64,000 nt of DNA from Heterodontus francisci (lineage: Eukaryota), in the NCBI RefSeq assembly GCF_036365525.1, contig NC_090400.1:28633353-28697352 (forward strand), given 5' to 3'. The position numbers and the translations under genes are program-made. Positions 1 to 12,469 of the stretch are shown here, piece after piece. Each line of letters begins with the position of its first letter. Position 1 is the first letter of the stretch. The notes beneath the pieces are model-generated. The model searched no databases. It was not told the DNA's origin and worked only from the letters and a program-made list of their open reading frames with translations.

Positions 1-920
1 AGCTTACTGAGATCTTAAAGGGACATCACTCTTAAGGCAATCATACAACATCCCCTTTCTTTCCAAAGACAAGTCTCGTATGCTACAAGAAAAACACATA
101 AAATTAGATAACATGAAAATTAGCTATATGGGATATAGATTATAAAATTTACAGGTATAAGGATAGGGATTGTGAAATTTACAAGTGCAGAGGCTTAAAG
201 GACCATATATTGTTTCGGTGGTTTGACAACTCTTCCAGATCTGGTTATGGTATAACCTTCTGAGGATGTGGATTTCACCCTTGGCTGTTTTTGGTTTGCA
301 GACATGTTTTCAATGTGTTGGTTGTTGTCCTGTTGTTCCTTCACACCCTCATCGTCGGAGTGTGTTGTTTGAATCTGCTGCGTGCAATTCAAATACTGCA
401 CACCTCTCTTAATTGGCTTCAGTTCCTTCTCAATACTGCTCCATCAGATGTTGTAATTTCATAGGACCTAAGCTCACTGCATACTTTGGAGATCTCTGCA
501 GGTAACCATGTTCTCATTGTGGGGTGTATGACCTTGACCTTTTGTCCTACATGTAGCTGAGGTAGTTCCGCCCCTGTGTGTCGGTTACGCACCATCTTCA
601 TTCTCCCTTGTTTTTCGAGCAGCGTCTCCTGCACCTCAGAGAATTTGGACAGATGATGTCATAGCAGAGTTGTCCGCACTTGTCTGCCAAACATGATCTC
701 TGCTGGTGGTAGTCCCATATCCATAGGTGTCGTTCTGAGGTGGAGCATGGCAACACGAAAATCTAGTTTTGTTGTCCTGCAGTTCAGGACAGGGGTCGGC
801 AACATGTCCGTACATGGACACCAGAGTCTGTGGTAAAAACTTTGAGGTCTGTGACTGTTAATTTCAGGCATGAGAAATTTCCCATTGACTTCTACTTTCA
901 ACCAATCCATTAAAAAAAAA

Positions 921-1121
921 ATTGCAGCTGTCAGTTTCAGATTCACAGCTGACAGGTGCTCAGGGCGGGATTGGCAGCTTCCAATTCTGACAAGTTCGGG
1001 GTTTTCCGGCAGGTTCTGATTTTTTTTTAAAAGCCCATCAGAAAAACCACGAATTTGTCCGAATTGGAAGCCACTATTCGCGCTCTGACCACCTGTCAGC
1101 CGTGAAGCTGACGGCTGCAAT
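921..1121. repeat. Imperfect inverted repeat (about 85-bp arms), within an insertion in the Gypsy pol
   Basis: Arm 921-1006 (ATTGCAGCTGTCAG...CTTCCAATTCTGACAAGTTCGGGGTTTTC) is the approximate reverse complement of 1041-1121. Confidence 0.8.
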
Positions 1122-1151
1122 TTAAAATAAAAATAGACAAATCACACCATC

Positions 1152-1475
1152 AGAGAGAGAGAGAGAGAGGGAGAGAAGGAGGGAGAGATGGGGGGGGGGG
1201 GGGACAGAGGGAGGGAGAATGGGAGGGGGGAAGAGAGAGAGAAAGGGTGAGGGGAAGAGGGGAGGGGAGGGACAAAGAGGTGGGGCAGAGAGAGAGAGGG
1301 GAGCAGAGAGAGAGGAGGCAGAGAGAGAGGAGGCAGCGAGAGAACAGAGAGAGGGGCAGAGAGAGAGAAAGAGAAGGGGACAGAGAGACAGAGGGAAGAG
1401 AGAGAGAGGGGAGGGGGGAGAGAGAGAGGGAGAGAGCGAGAGTGGGGGAGAGAGTGGGGACAGGGAGAGAGAAAG
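1152..1475. repeat. Polypurine (GA/GGA-rich) low-complexity tract
   Basis: Almost exclusively A/G on the + strand; it causes the spurious Ser/Leu/Pro and Arg/Glu ORFs. Confidence 0.95.
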
Positions 1476-4400
1476 AGGTGTACTGACCAATATCCATGTT
1501 TAGCATCCAACTTGGAGCAGAATTTGGCATCTGTGAACTTGGGATTCAATTCCTCTAATGTCGGAATCTTGTGGGGGCATCTCTTTAGAGAGAGGTTTTG
1601 ATGCCTCGGATCTAGACATACCCTGATTGCTCCATCCTTCTTCAGTAGGCACATAATTGAGCTGCACCAGCCTGTGTGATGATGCGCACGACGGATGATG
1701 CTATTGCGTTCCATGCCATCGAACACGCGCTTAAGCTTTTTTTGTATTTGCACGCTGTGCTTTCTGGAAGGGTCGATTATTGGAATTGCATCCTCTCTGA
1801 AATCTTCCATGGTGTTGATCCGGTCCGGGTACATTTATTGTAGTTCGTGGACTGACTAAATGTGGGTACTCTTGGTCTCTTCTGCTGTAATGGGTATCTT
1901 GGGACCTCGTGGATAGTCATGATGTTGAGGTCCATACACACTGGTTGTCCTGTTGCTGCTGGCCTCACGTGTCTACCAGGTAAATAATTGAGGTTTCCAT
2001 GCTGACTTGCCTTAGCTGCATTGCATTGTTAGTATGCCACTGCAAGGGATGGGTGACCCATTGTATGCAGATTACTTTGCAGTTGTCGGTTGTATCTGTA
2101 ACACTTCAGTGGGTGTTGAGACAATTACCAGCTCCATTAGTTGCTCTCACAGCTCATTTTCTGAAAAATCATATTCATTGTCCTTACTACAGCATCTGCT
2201 AATGAACTGATCTATTGATTCCTGTGGTTGTTGCCTGTAGGACATAATTCCAGGTGGTGAATTCTAAAATTCACTCTTAATTGGAGCTGATCTTATAGCA
2301 CTTTCCATATCTTTGCAGGATCTTTCTGGTCCTCTTCAGATAAGCCAGAGGTATTGATTCTGTATAATCCCTCATTTCCAACTGATATCAGTATTTTTAG
2401 AGCTGTTTCTCTGGTTCTACAATCACTTGGTTTGTGAAACATAATTGCATGTTTTGTTTGAAAAGTTTAAATGGATAGGATATTAATGGTCTTCCAGTTC
2501 ATGCTGGGAAATTTGGTATTCATCTTTCTGCTGTTCTTTTGCTTTTTGGTCTTTATTTAACTTTGTTCTATTCACTTTGCATTGTTTTCCCTTTAAGAAA
2601 TTCTCTGTTGTTTAGACTGGCTGCTTGGATGGAGAGGAGCAGGTGTTTGAGAGTGTGCATGGTTTATCTTGCTTGCAGCACTTAAGCTTGTCTGTTTGCA
2701 CAGCTGTTCAATTGCTTTTTTTGCTAGAGTTTGTTTATGTTCTTCATGCTTGAGTGGTTTTATGATTTTTAAAAAACTTTGTCTACGTGAATGGCGACTC
2801 TGCAGTGATCAGGGATTTCCTGTGCTTTTTGCTATTGGATGCCTCCCATAATGGTGCCGACCTCAATCAGCCTGGGAGAGGAATCGGGTTTTCCCCATTT
2901 TTTTCTCTCCCCCAAGTAGCCTTTGAAATAAAATCAATTTTTTAAGCACTTTGAAGCTTGTTTTTTTAAAACTAGGATTCCTCCACCATCGGCACAATGA
3001 CTTACCCAATCGCAGGAATTAATTTGCAGCCTGTCATTCTGTGCTCTGTCTTCTACAGCTGGAGTTAAGTCCTTTCTTATTTCCACTTTTTGGGCCAGTA
3101 TTTCTTTTGACTTGTTCCCTTTTAGCTGCAGGAAGGGTTGTTTTCAAAGCTGTTTAACCCGTGGTCTTCAAGCTTAGTCTTCGACTTTTCACCACCGCTT
3201 CCACCATATAATGAATCCTTTATGTTGTCTGATGCAACATAAATGAGATGCATGGAGTCCAGTTTGCTGAATATCTCAAAACAGGTTTATTAGCTAAAAT
3301 ATTATATACAGTACAGAGCAAACTATTTACAGAACCTTCATCTGGGTGTTACAGAGCGACTCTGGTTTGTAGTCACATGACTACATCCTGGTACATAGTT
3401 CATTAGCATACTGAGATCTTAAAGGGACATCACTCTTAAGCTGATCATACAACAACTGACGTCATGATAGTGTTCATTCAAGGTCTTCGTGCACACCCAG
3501 GGGATGGACCTGCATGCGCCATCCCCACCACTTCATTTATGCAGCAAGTGGCCAGTGGCGTCCCACACATCTGGACACCTCCAATAGGTCCAAGGAATTA
3601 GCAAAAATGGTTACCAATTTTTTTCCACCAAAACAAAATTTCCATAAAATTTCAGAAATCTGGAAAAATTGTTTCACCACGAGCATCTTACTTAGTAGTC
3701 CATTCAAAATGGTGTGCACGAAAAAGAGGGCAAGTCAAGTACAAGTGCGGGGGAGTTGGAAGTGGTCTTCATTCAAATATTTTTGCATTAAATCTATGGT
3801 ATTAATGAGGTTTATGCATGAAATGGACACGGAGACATCAGGACAGCAATAATGGAAGAGTAGGAAGATGCATCCCTCCAATCCCAATTCCACACTCTGT
3901 CTGCTACAGTTGTGCTCCTGCTCATCTGGTGCACACTACTGTAAAGTTGGCCTTATATTACATTATTGTTTAATTCAATCAGTTGTTAGAATAATTTGTA
4001 ATAAATTGGTATGTATGGAATTGGTTGTTGCCAGCCTTATTTTTAAAAACTCAATCCATCTAATTTGGTTAGAAATCAAATTACTATCTAATGTTGATCT
4101 AATGGCTGCTTGCCATTCCTTTAAAATGTCCTTTTTGTGCAATTTTCTTCATGTGAGAAAGTAGCAAACACACTATAGCTCACTCATGCAACTCTGTGAC
4201 GTGATGATTGCATCTGTGTATCGGCAACCAGCTCGACAGTGTGTATTGGTGTGATTAGCACAGCACTGATTCTGCAACTGAAGAAAAAAGCCAGATTAAA
4301 GAAGTCAATGTATATGAGGACAACTGTGTGTCGTGATGTTCCTGTGCATTGGTTTGTGACTTTGACCTGGCTGTTTTCCTCAGATTCAGAATTGCTGAAA

Positions 4401-6989
4401 TGATGACTGCACCAGCACCCAATTACACAATATATGTTGTATATGTTGCATATACCTGACTCTACCCGAGTTGCAGCACAGGAAAACACTTTGGGTGATG
4501 TAATGACACAATGCATTAGTAGTTTATGTCCACAACCCTCCATATTTGAATGCCAAATCTCAACCACATCACTGGAGAAAATACTACTGAGTGGGAGTGA
4601 GGAAAAGAAAAAGTCTGAGAGCCAGTCAACCTAGGACGATGCGTGCTTCTCATTTCTGCAGGTTGGTAACAGAGCTGCATTATCAGAGACTTGGGAACAG
4701 ATGGTGGCCCTGCTCTCTTGGCCAGGAAAATGGGAAGTCACGAGTAGGGGCAAAGAAAAGTATGGGTAAACAAACAAATTTTCTTTCCACAAAGCACTTT
4801 ACACTAAATGAATTCAGGTGGAGTGGCACTGATTGGACAATTTCTTTTGGCAATTTATTTAGAGCTGCCATGTACAAAGCACTTCTCTGAATTTGGGTCA
4901 ACTGCCTCCGATTGATAAAAGGCTTATGCAGTCACTTCTGCTTCAGAACCATCTTTTCATCACATCTGACACACTCAAAGCAAATTGAAAAAGGAAAAAA
5001 ATGATGCATTCAGCAGTCACCGGGGAACATTCCTCACAGTCACATATTAAAGCTGTGATGATCTACAATTATGTTGATTGAAATCAATTGTGATATTATA
5101 ACATGTGGCTCTCATCAGAACTGCTGTTTATATCTATTTTTTGAGATATGAAATAAAATGATCTGAATTGAGTCTAATCAGGATGACTTTTTATTTGTGC
5201 GTAATTAATATCATATACTGTCAATCATATTGCATTAAAGCAAGCCTCTAGTTTTAAATTCCGTACAAATTACATTGTGCACATTCTTCCCACAAGCTGT
5301 GTTGGGGTAAGATCTTACTGGAGGGATTGTTTACAACAAAGTGGTGAGTTGAGCTGATTAATTTCCGCCACTGTTTTAGTACTGATTACAAATCTTAACA
5401 GGGGACTTTACTGTGACTGAATTTCTCAGCTTTCTCTTGTTTTGTTTCATGTAACACCAATGCAATGTTATAATGCATTTTACCTAGACTGCTACTGAAG
5501 TAAATTGACCTTCAGTCAGACAAAGCAGTCACCTTGACCAAACTGGAGTTGGGTTTCTTCAATTTGAAAGAGGTATAACCTGATACAGTTTAATCCACAC
5601 TACTGCGAGTATTTGGAACTGATTGAATTCAGAGTAACACAAGTTGGGCTCCTGCAGCTGTGTCTGCTGGGGGAGGTCACTGTGAGCTGGCGGATGAGAG
5701 AAGCACGGTTGCAAGATAAATGGAGGAAGGTCGCTGGCCAATCAATGCAGTCACCCAGCTCCCTCGTTCTTGTTGCAAATAAAATGTTTGCTGGAGGAAG
5801 GCAAGGCAAATGGGCTTCTCACTTTTGCACACACTTTTTGTAGGCTCATCAACCATCGCACAAACCTAAGTTGGGCATTACAGGGTGTTACCATTTCAAG
5901 AACTGTATACAACCATTGCACTTTTGGACATACTCTTTCATTGAATGAGAGGCTAGATAGTACATTTGTTTTGCAGGTGGAGGTGGAAACTGAGAAAGAG
6001 CAAATAGACACTGAGATGTCCACCCCAAAGTGCTCCTCTGCTTATTAGGGGATTTCTCTGGGGTCTGTAGCCATGGATACACAGGATACCTCTGGTCCTA
6101 AAAGCTATCCTCACTGCTTCCTGTTCTTCCAAAAATGCAAACACTAATAGTTGCCACATAATAATTGAACTCTCCAGCAAATTTGGTAGCATCAATTGTA
6201 GTCAGGTGAAAGTCCCACTGCCTACTTTAGTTCTATTTTAGGCATACCCATTGAAGAGAAACATCAAGACTCTTGTTTCCAGGAACATAGAAAGCCGTAA
6301 TTAAGTTAATTTTCAATAGTAATGCTACACTATTTAATTGAGAAAACAAACAATTATATTATGAATAATGAATAGACTTAATCTTTAACAATCTATTCCA
6401 AACCTATTGCTGTCTGATGAACTTTGATTTTGATAAGTAGAATAAAACACGTGCTATATATTTTGGCTTCTAACAAAGCTACTAATTAAACAATTGCTCT
6501 TTATTGCTTGTCATATGCCTTCACATTTTGAATTGCACTTAATTCCCTCACTCTCACATTGGACCCTTGTAAATCTGAAGTAGGGTATCTTATGATTAAT
6601 TATTATGCAAGTGCACTAAATTAATCGAAAGATGACGACAATGACTCCACATAATGCCCAACGCACAAGTTTCTGCTTTAAATTCCAAAATAATAGTTTA
6701 ATAGACCAATCGGCTTAAAATGGTCTTTAGTGGTCCTCACTGAAACTTTGAGGAGAGTTGGCTATGAGAAACGGTTTGAAATTTAGTAAACCTACCTGGA
6801 GCTGTGAGTAATTACATGAAGGGACTGACAGCAGAAAATTGAGTGCTATTAGCACATTATGGCAAGATTTACACTTGTTCTTATCCATTTAAAATTGATT
6901 TACAAAAATATCCGAAAATCAGCCCCCTAGAGTCTATGCAATATAGGATGAAATTGTGATGCATTTGAAAAGCAAGATTTAAACATTGA

Positions 6990-7415
6990 CAGTCAGCACA
7001 GATTTCTAAAAGGTAGGATATATTCAGAATTCTTTGAAAAAGTAAGAGACATAGATAGAGGGAATGGAGATAGAGGGAAATGCAAAATGTATGATTTGTG
7101 TGAGGTTGTGTGAGATAATGGCATTTGGAATTAAGGGAACTGTAGCCACATTGATAAAGAGATAAAAAGAAGGTATAGAACAAAGGGTAGGAGTAAAAGG
7201 AATTATCTCACATCGAAAGATGTGATGACTGCTGTTTGACAGGTGTCTTTGTTGGAATTGCTCATTTCCTATATGTGTAAAGGATCTGTAATAGAGGGAA
7301 CAATACTGAAATTTGCTGATGGCATTAAAACTGTCAAATTGTGATGAGAATTGTTAAAGGCTGCAGGAGGGTATAGATAGGCTAGCAGGTTGGGTGGATA
7401 TGTAGCAGATGTAAC
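6990..7415 (+). mobile_element. Old CR1 LINE RT fragment
   Basis: Degenerate GGAATTAAGGG...AAATTTGCTGATGGC (KFAD)...CTGCAGGAGGGTATAGATAGGCTAGC, colinear with younger CR1 copies in the window. Confidence 0.65.
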
Positions 7416-9399
7416 TCCGTGCTCTGTCAAACAGGTACTTCCTTTCTACAGGGAAAGAAATGAAATTGTTGCTTGTTGAAAAATGGCTTCCGTCATTTGA
7501 TTGATATATCTGTGGACAGCCAACCAATTGGTTTGGCTTACGTTGCTGTTGATGGCTTGGAAGGATCTGTGGTATAAGCGTTTAATGCACCATGTCCTTG
7601 GTGCCTAGAGGAAGGGCTGTACCTGGAGTATAAATTGTCTGCAGGTTGGCCACCAGCACATTGTGCAGTTATGTGGCAGCTTAAATGATCAATATTGCCA
7701 AAGACAGTTGCTCCCTGAGATGCCCAGTAAGGACCATCGAGGCCAGTAAATGTAGGTTCTGGATACTCAAAAGTGTGTCTGTAACATGAGCCATTGTTGC
7801 ACTTGACTTTCATGTTACCTCAAGAACTGCTCTCCTTTCTCCAATCCTAGAAGTTCTCAAAGATTTTCCATCCCTCTCACCTTGGTTGCAGCAAGTGTAT
7901 TAGCAGCTGGAAGCAGGACTGTTGTTAGAAATAGAGTCGGAAATAAAATGATTTCGATGCAGAAAGTCAGAGCTAAACAACAGAAACAAATGCACTAGGG
8001 AAAATGCAGATAAAGCAATAGAATAAAACAAAGATTTCTAACCAAAAGTAAAGGGTGCTGCTCATCATTAAGAAACCAAATCCTATGAGCTAGGCCATCC
8101 ACACACGACTATATCCATTTCATATGGGAAATCAGTGCTATTGGCATGGAAGGAGCAAAAGTCCGTTCAAAAACCCAGCAATCTAGTTTTGCCACACATT
8201 GTGATAAACTGAGAATCGAGCAAACTAGCCTAACACCTGATTTTGCAATCCATGCTAGTCCAAAGGCTCCATTCTGCTAATAAATCACCAGAAAATCATG
8301 GCTATCATTGGAACACATCAATGGCCTTTCTTATCAATTCTAATCTGTTCATCACCATCAATTTCTACTGTAAATTTGTTAATTTAATTCATTTGCAGAA
8401 TCCGATCATAACGCTTCAGAATAGTTGGTGGGATGCCACCTTATTATATTAAATGCTGGGACAGCAGAAGATATCACAACAAACCTCATTCAAGGTTTAT
8501 ATTTTGTTTGGTCGAGATGCAAATCAAGAATGTTAACAACTCATTTTAATGACATTTAGGAAACATCCATCGTATTACAATAGATCTTCAGGATTAACTC
8601 TAATAAAATCAAATGCTGTTTAAGACAATTTCTACAGCTCAAAAACCCAATCCGTAGAGAGTAATTTATTCTGATTGAAGCAAGATTTAAGCGTGAAAGT
8701 CACCCCATCAAGTATGTTCATACAAACCAACAGTTAGAAAAAGTCAGCAAGAGCCTTAATTTCAAATTCTAATTCCTCTTTGTGTAGATAATTTTTTTCT
8801 TTAAAGACTGAGTGGTGATTAACTCACTGGGGTAACCAGTTTGAATGAGCTATTTAATGTGAAAACATTGGTTGAGCTGAATTAATATTAATATAAATGC
8901 AGACTTTGGCATAAATTGTGTGGGTATGTTAATTTGTCTTCTTGCTGAGTGTCTCCTCCAAGCCACCTTACACAGCATTCATACTATTTATACTAAAATA
9001 CATTTAAAAAGACACAATTAAGCAAAGAACTATCATAATTAATGATAGTTCTTGTAACTTGGCTTTTAAAAAGGGGCACTGAGGGTGGCACACTTCTAAT
9101 TTTTCGGTCATAATTGCAGTCCCAAGTTATTAAGATCAATTATCTGCTTCTTCCTCCATTGACTGTTGATTGTTGATCGGGTTACATTAGTCATTTGACA
9201 TTTCAGTCCAGATTTTCTGGTATGGGTGCAAAGTTCAGCTGACGTGCAGTGTGTTGATTGGATGCATTTTTATATGGTCATTTCATTATTATAATTATTC
9301 ATAGCAGCTGCAGCGATGCTATGTGCAGACAGCTAGCCTGGTGGTTGGATCAGCCAACTGCAATTTAAATGACATTTCAAGCAACGTGTTCTGTAGATC

Positions 9400-11651
9400 C
9401 TACAGCACAGAAACAGGCCAGTCGGCTCAACTGGTCTATGCTGGCTTTTAGGCTCCGCATGAGCCTCCTCCCCACCCCTCTTCATTTAATCCCATCAGGT
9501 ATCCTTCTATTCCTTTCCTCCTCATGTGCTTATCTAGCTTGCCCTTAAATTAGGTCCAAGGAAGAGGCATATAAATTTGCCAGGAAAAACAACAGACCTG
9601 AGGATTGGCAGCAGTTTAGAATTCAGTAAAGGAGAATCAAGGGATTGATTAAGAAGGGGAAAATAAGAGTACGAAAGCAAGCTTGTGGGAACATAAAAAC
9701 TGACTGTAAAAGTTTCTATAGGTATGTGAAGAGGAAAAGATTGGTGAAGACAAATGTAGGTCCGTTACATTCAGAAACAGGGGAATTTATTATGGGGAAT
9801 AAAGAAATGGCTGACCAACTAAATGCATACTTTGGTTCTGTCTTCACAAAGGAGGACACAAATATCATACCAGAAATGTTGGGGAACACAGGGCTTAGTG
9901 AGAGAGAGGAACTGAAAGAAATCAGTATTAGTAGAGAAATGGTGTTGGGGAAATTGATGGGATTGAAGACCAATAAATCCCCAAGGTCTGATGGTATGCA
10001 TCCCAGAGTACTTAAGGAAGTGGCCCTAGAAATAGTGGACGCATTGGTGGTCATGTTCCAAGATTCTATAGACTCTGGAACAGTTCCTACAGATTGGAGG
10101 GTAGCTAATGTAACCCCACTATTTAAAAAGGGAGGTAGAGAGAAAGCAGGGAATTATAGACCAGTCAGCCTGACATCGGTAGTGGGGAAAATTCTAGAGT
10201 CCATTATCAAATATTTTATAGCAGAGCACTTGGAGAACAGTGATAGAAACGGGCAGAGTCAGCATGGATTTACGAAAGGGAAATCATGCTTGACAAATCT
10301 ACTAGAATTCTTCGAAGATGTAACTAGTAGAGTTGATGAGGGGGACCCAGTGAATGTGGTTTATTTGGACTTTCAGAAGGCTTTCGACAAAGTCCCACAT
10401 AGGAGATTAGCATGTAAAATTAAAGCGCATGGGATTGGGGGTATTGTATTGCGCTGGATAGAAAATTGGTTGACAGACAGGAAACAAAGAATAGGGAAAA
10501 ATGGGTCTTTTTCTGAATGGCAGGCAGTGACTAGTGGGGTACCGTGGGGATTGGTGCTAGGACTCCAGCTATTCACAATATATATTAATGATTTAGATGA
10601 GGGAACTAAATGTAATATCTCCAAATTTGCAGATGACACAAAACTAGGTGGGAGGGTGAGTTGTGAGGAGGATGCAGAGAGGCTTCAGGGTGATTTGGAC
10701 AAGTTGAGTGAGTGGGCTCATGCATGGCAGATGCAGTATAATGTGGATAAATGTGAGGTTATCCACCTTGGTAGCAAAAACAGGAAGGCAGATTATTATC
10801 TGAATGACTATAAACTGAGAGAGGGGAATATGCAGCGAGACCTGGGTGTTCTTGTACACCAGTCGCTGAAGGTAAGCATGCAGGTGCAACAGGCGGGATG
10901 TCTTGCTGCAATTATACAGGGCCTTGGTGAGGCCACACCTGGAATATTGTGTGCAGTTTTGGTCTCCTTATCTGAGGAAGGATGTTCTTGCTATAGAGGG
11001 AGTGCAGCAAAGGTTTACCAGACTGATTCCTGGGATGGCTGGACTGACGTATGAGGAGAGATTGAGTTGGTTAGGATTATATTCGCATGAGTTCAGAAGA
11101 GTGAGGGGGGATCTCATAGAAACATATAAAATTCTAACAGGACTTAACAGGGTAGATGCAGGAAAGATGTTTCCGATGATGGGGGAGTCCAGGTCATAGT
11201 CTAAGGATACAGGGTAAATCTTTCAGGACTGAGATGAGGAGAAATTTCTTCACCCGAAGAGTGGTGAGCATGTGGAATTCGCTACCACAGAAAGCAGTTG
11301 AGGCCAAAACATTGTATGTTTTCAAAAAGGAGTTAGATATAGCTCGGGTCTAAAGGGATCAAAGGGTATGGGGCGAAAGCTGGAACAGGTTACTGAGTTG
11401 GATAATCAGCCATGATCATAATGAATGGTGGAGCAGGCTCGAAGGGCCGAATGGCCTACTCCTGTTCCTATTTTCTGTGTTTCTTTAAATGCATCTATGC
11501 TATTCAGCTCAACTACTCCTTGTGGTAACACATTCCTCATTCTTACCATTCTTTAGGTTAAAAAAAAATCCTGAATTTCCTGTTGGATTTATCAGTGAAT
11601 GTCTTATCTTTATGACCTCTAGTTTTGGACTCTCCCACAAGTGGAAACATT
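9400..11651 (-). mobile_element. CR1 3' end (9400-9550 and 11485-11651) split by a younger CR1 insertion
   Basis: ACAGCACAGAAACAGGCC tail. Sequence resumes as TTAAATGCATCTATGC after the insert. Same family as 55738-56293. Confidence 0.75.
9551..11484 (+). mobile_element. 5'-truncated CR1 LINE; ORF2 reverse transcriptase with a frameshifting deletion near 10897
   Basis: ORFs 9645-11054 and 10903-11199 contain NYRPVSLTS, QHGF, YLDFQKAFDKV, FADDTK, RPHLEYCVQFW. Typical CR1 3' UTR. Flanked by a TTAAAT duplication (9545-9550 and 11485-11490). Confidence 0.95.
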
Positions 11652-12400
11652 GGGGGAGAAATTGGGCTTTGTAGTGCCATTTTTTAGGCAATACTTGACC
11701 CCCTAAGGCTCGAAAATGGCATCCGAGATGTTTCTGACAGGAAGTCTGCAGGACACCATCTTGATAAAGGAATTTGTGTGCACTGACCTAGCGACCCCTA
11801 GCAGCATGTAGAGCAGGGAAATTATCATGTCAATCAGTGTGGAAAGATGCACTTTGTTCTGCGTGGACCTTGCTGGTCTTCTAGTGCAAAGAGCTGTCGA
11901 CGACCGACTGTTGCAGTCTGGCACATTCCAAGGTCCAGGACTACATGCTGAAGGATGCACTAAAACTTGGAGCCACCTCCACTGCAAAGGCTCAATGGGG
12001 AAAGGCCCTCTCGCTATAGTATACCAAGGGGCTGAAGCCTGTGTAAAACCCCTTGGGCTGTATGCACCAGAGAATGTTGGACATGGAATGTAAATGTACA
12101 TTGTAAATATAACTTGTAATTGTAAATGTAGTGAGGCACCTCATATAATGTATCGAAATAAACTGATCTGTATTGCACTTTATGTAATGGGAAATTTGAA
12201 TTGCTATGCAATGTACTTTTACAAATTTTTATAAATAAAGTATATTTTTGGAAAAAAAATGACACAGCACTGCCATTTTCAAACATCATGCTCCAACCTA
12301 TGCCCTGTCTTAACCTCGTGCAATTCAACACGACATTAACCAGCATGAAAACCACCCCCCTCCCCACCATTGCTCTCTAAATGGATCATGAAATAATTAA
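11652..12400. mobile_element. Probable Harbinger-type MITE remnant interrupted by a Tx1 fragment
   Basis: Starts GGGGGAGAAATTGG; internal AAAATGGC / CCATCTTG motifs resemble the element at 53705-54370. Right end not identified. Confidence 0.35.
11840..12259 (+). mobile_element. L1/Tx1-clade LINE 3' fragment
   Basis: Translates KDALCSAWTLLVF*CKELSTTDCCSLAHSKVQDYMLKDALKLG...KAQWGK, a Tx1-type ORF2 C-terminus. Followed by an AT-rich 3' UTR, AATAAA at 12234-12239 and an A tail. Confidence 0.8.
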
Positions 12401-12469
12401 ATGATGCAGGTGAATGCCCATAGTCATGATTCCTTCATTTTGCAGTAGTCCTCTGTGCCACGTCAGGGT

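Larger units (their letters stand above)
1..3454 (-). mobile_element. Gypsy-type LTR retrotransposon, internally deleted and decayed; 3' LTR runs off the window
   Basis: 5' LTR 3207-3454 matches bases 1-50 at 46/50 and begins TGTTGT on the minus strand. PPT GGAAAGAAAGGGGA at 51-64. PBS-like TGGTGGAAGCGGTGG at about 3192-3206. RT motifs (KKDGAIRVCLDPR, KLDAKHGYW) at about 1480-1800. Integrase C-terminus (LRTTP..PAEIMFGRQVRT, RSYEI..LRRN, TRSGRVVKPP) at 200-830. Confidence 0.9.

Noticed and set aside
1122-1530. Ser/Leu/Pro-rich and Arg/Glu-rich ORFs
   Set aside because: They are translations of the polypurine tract.
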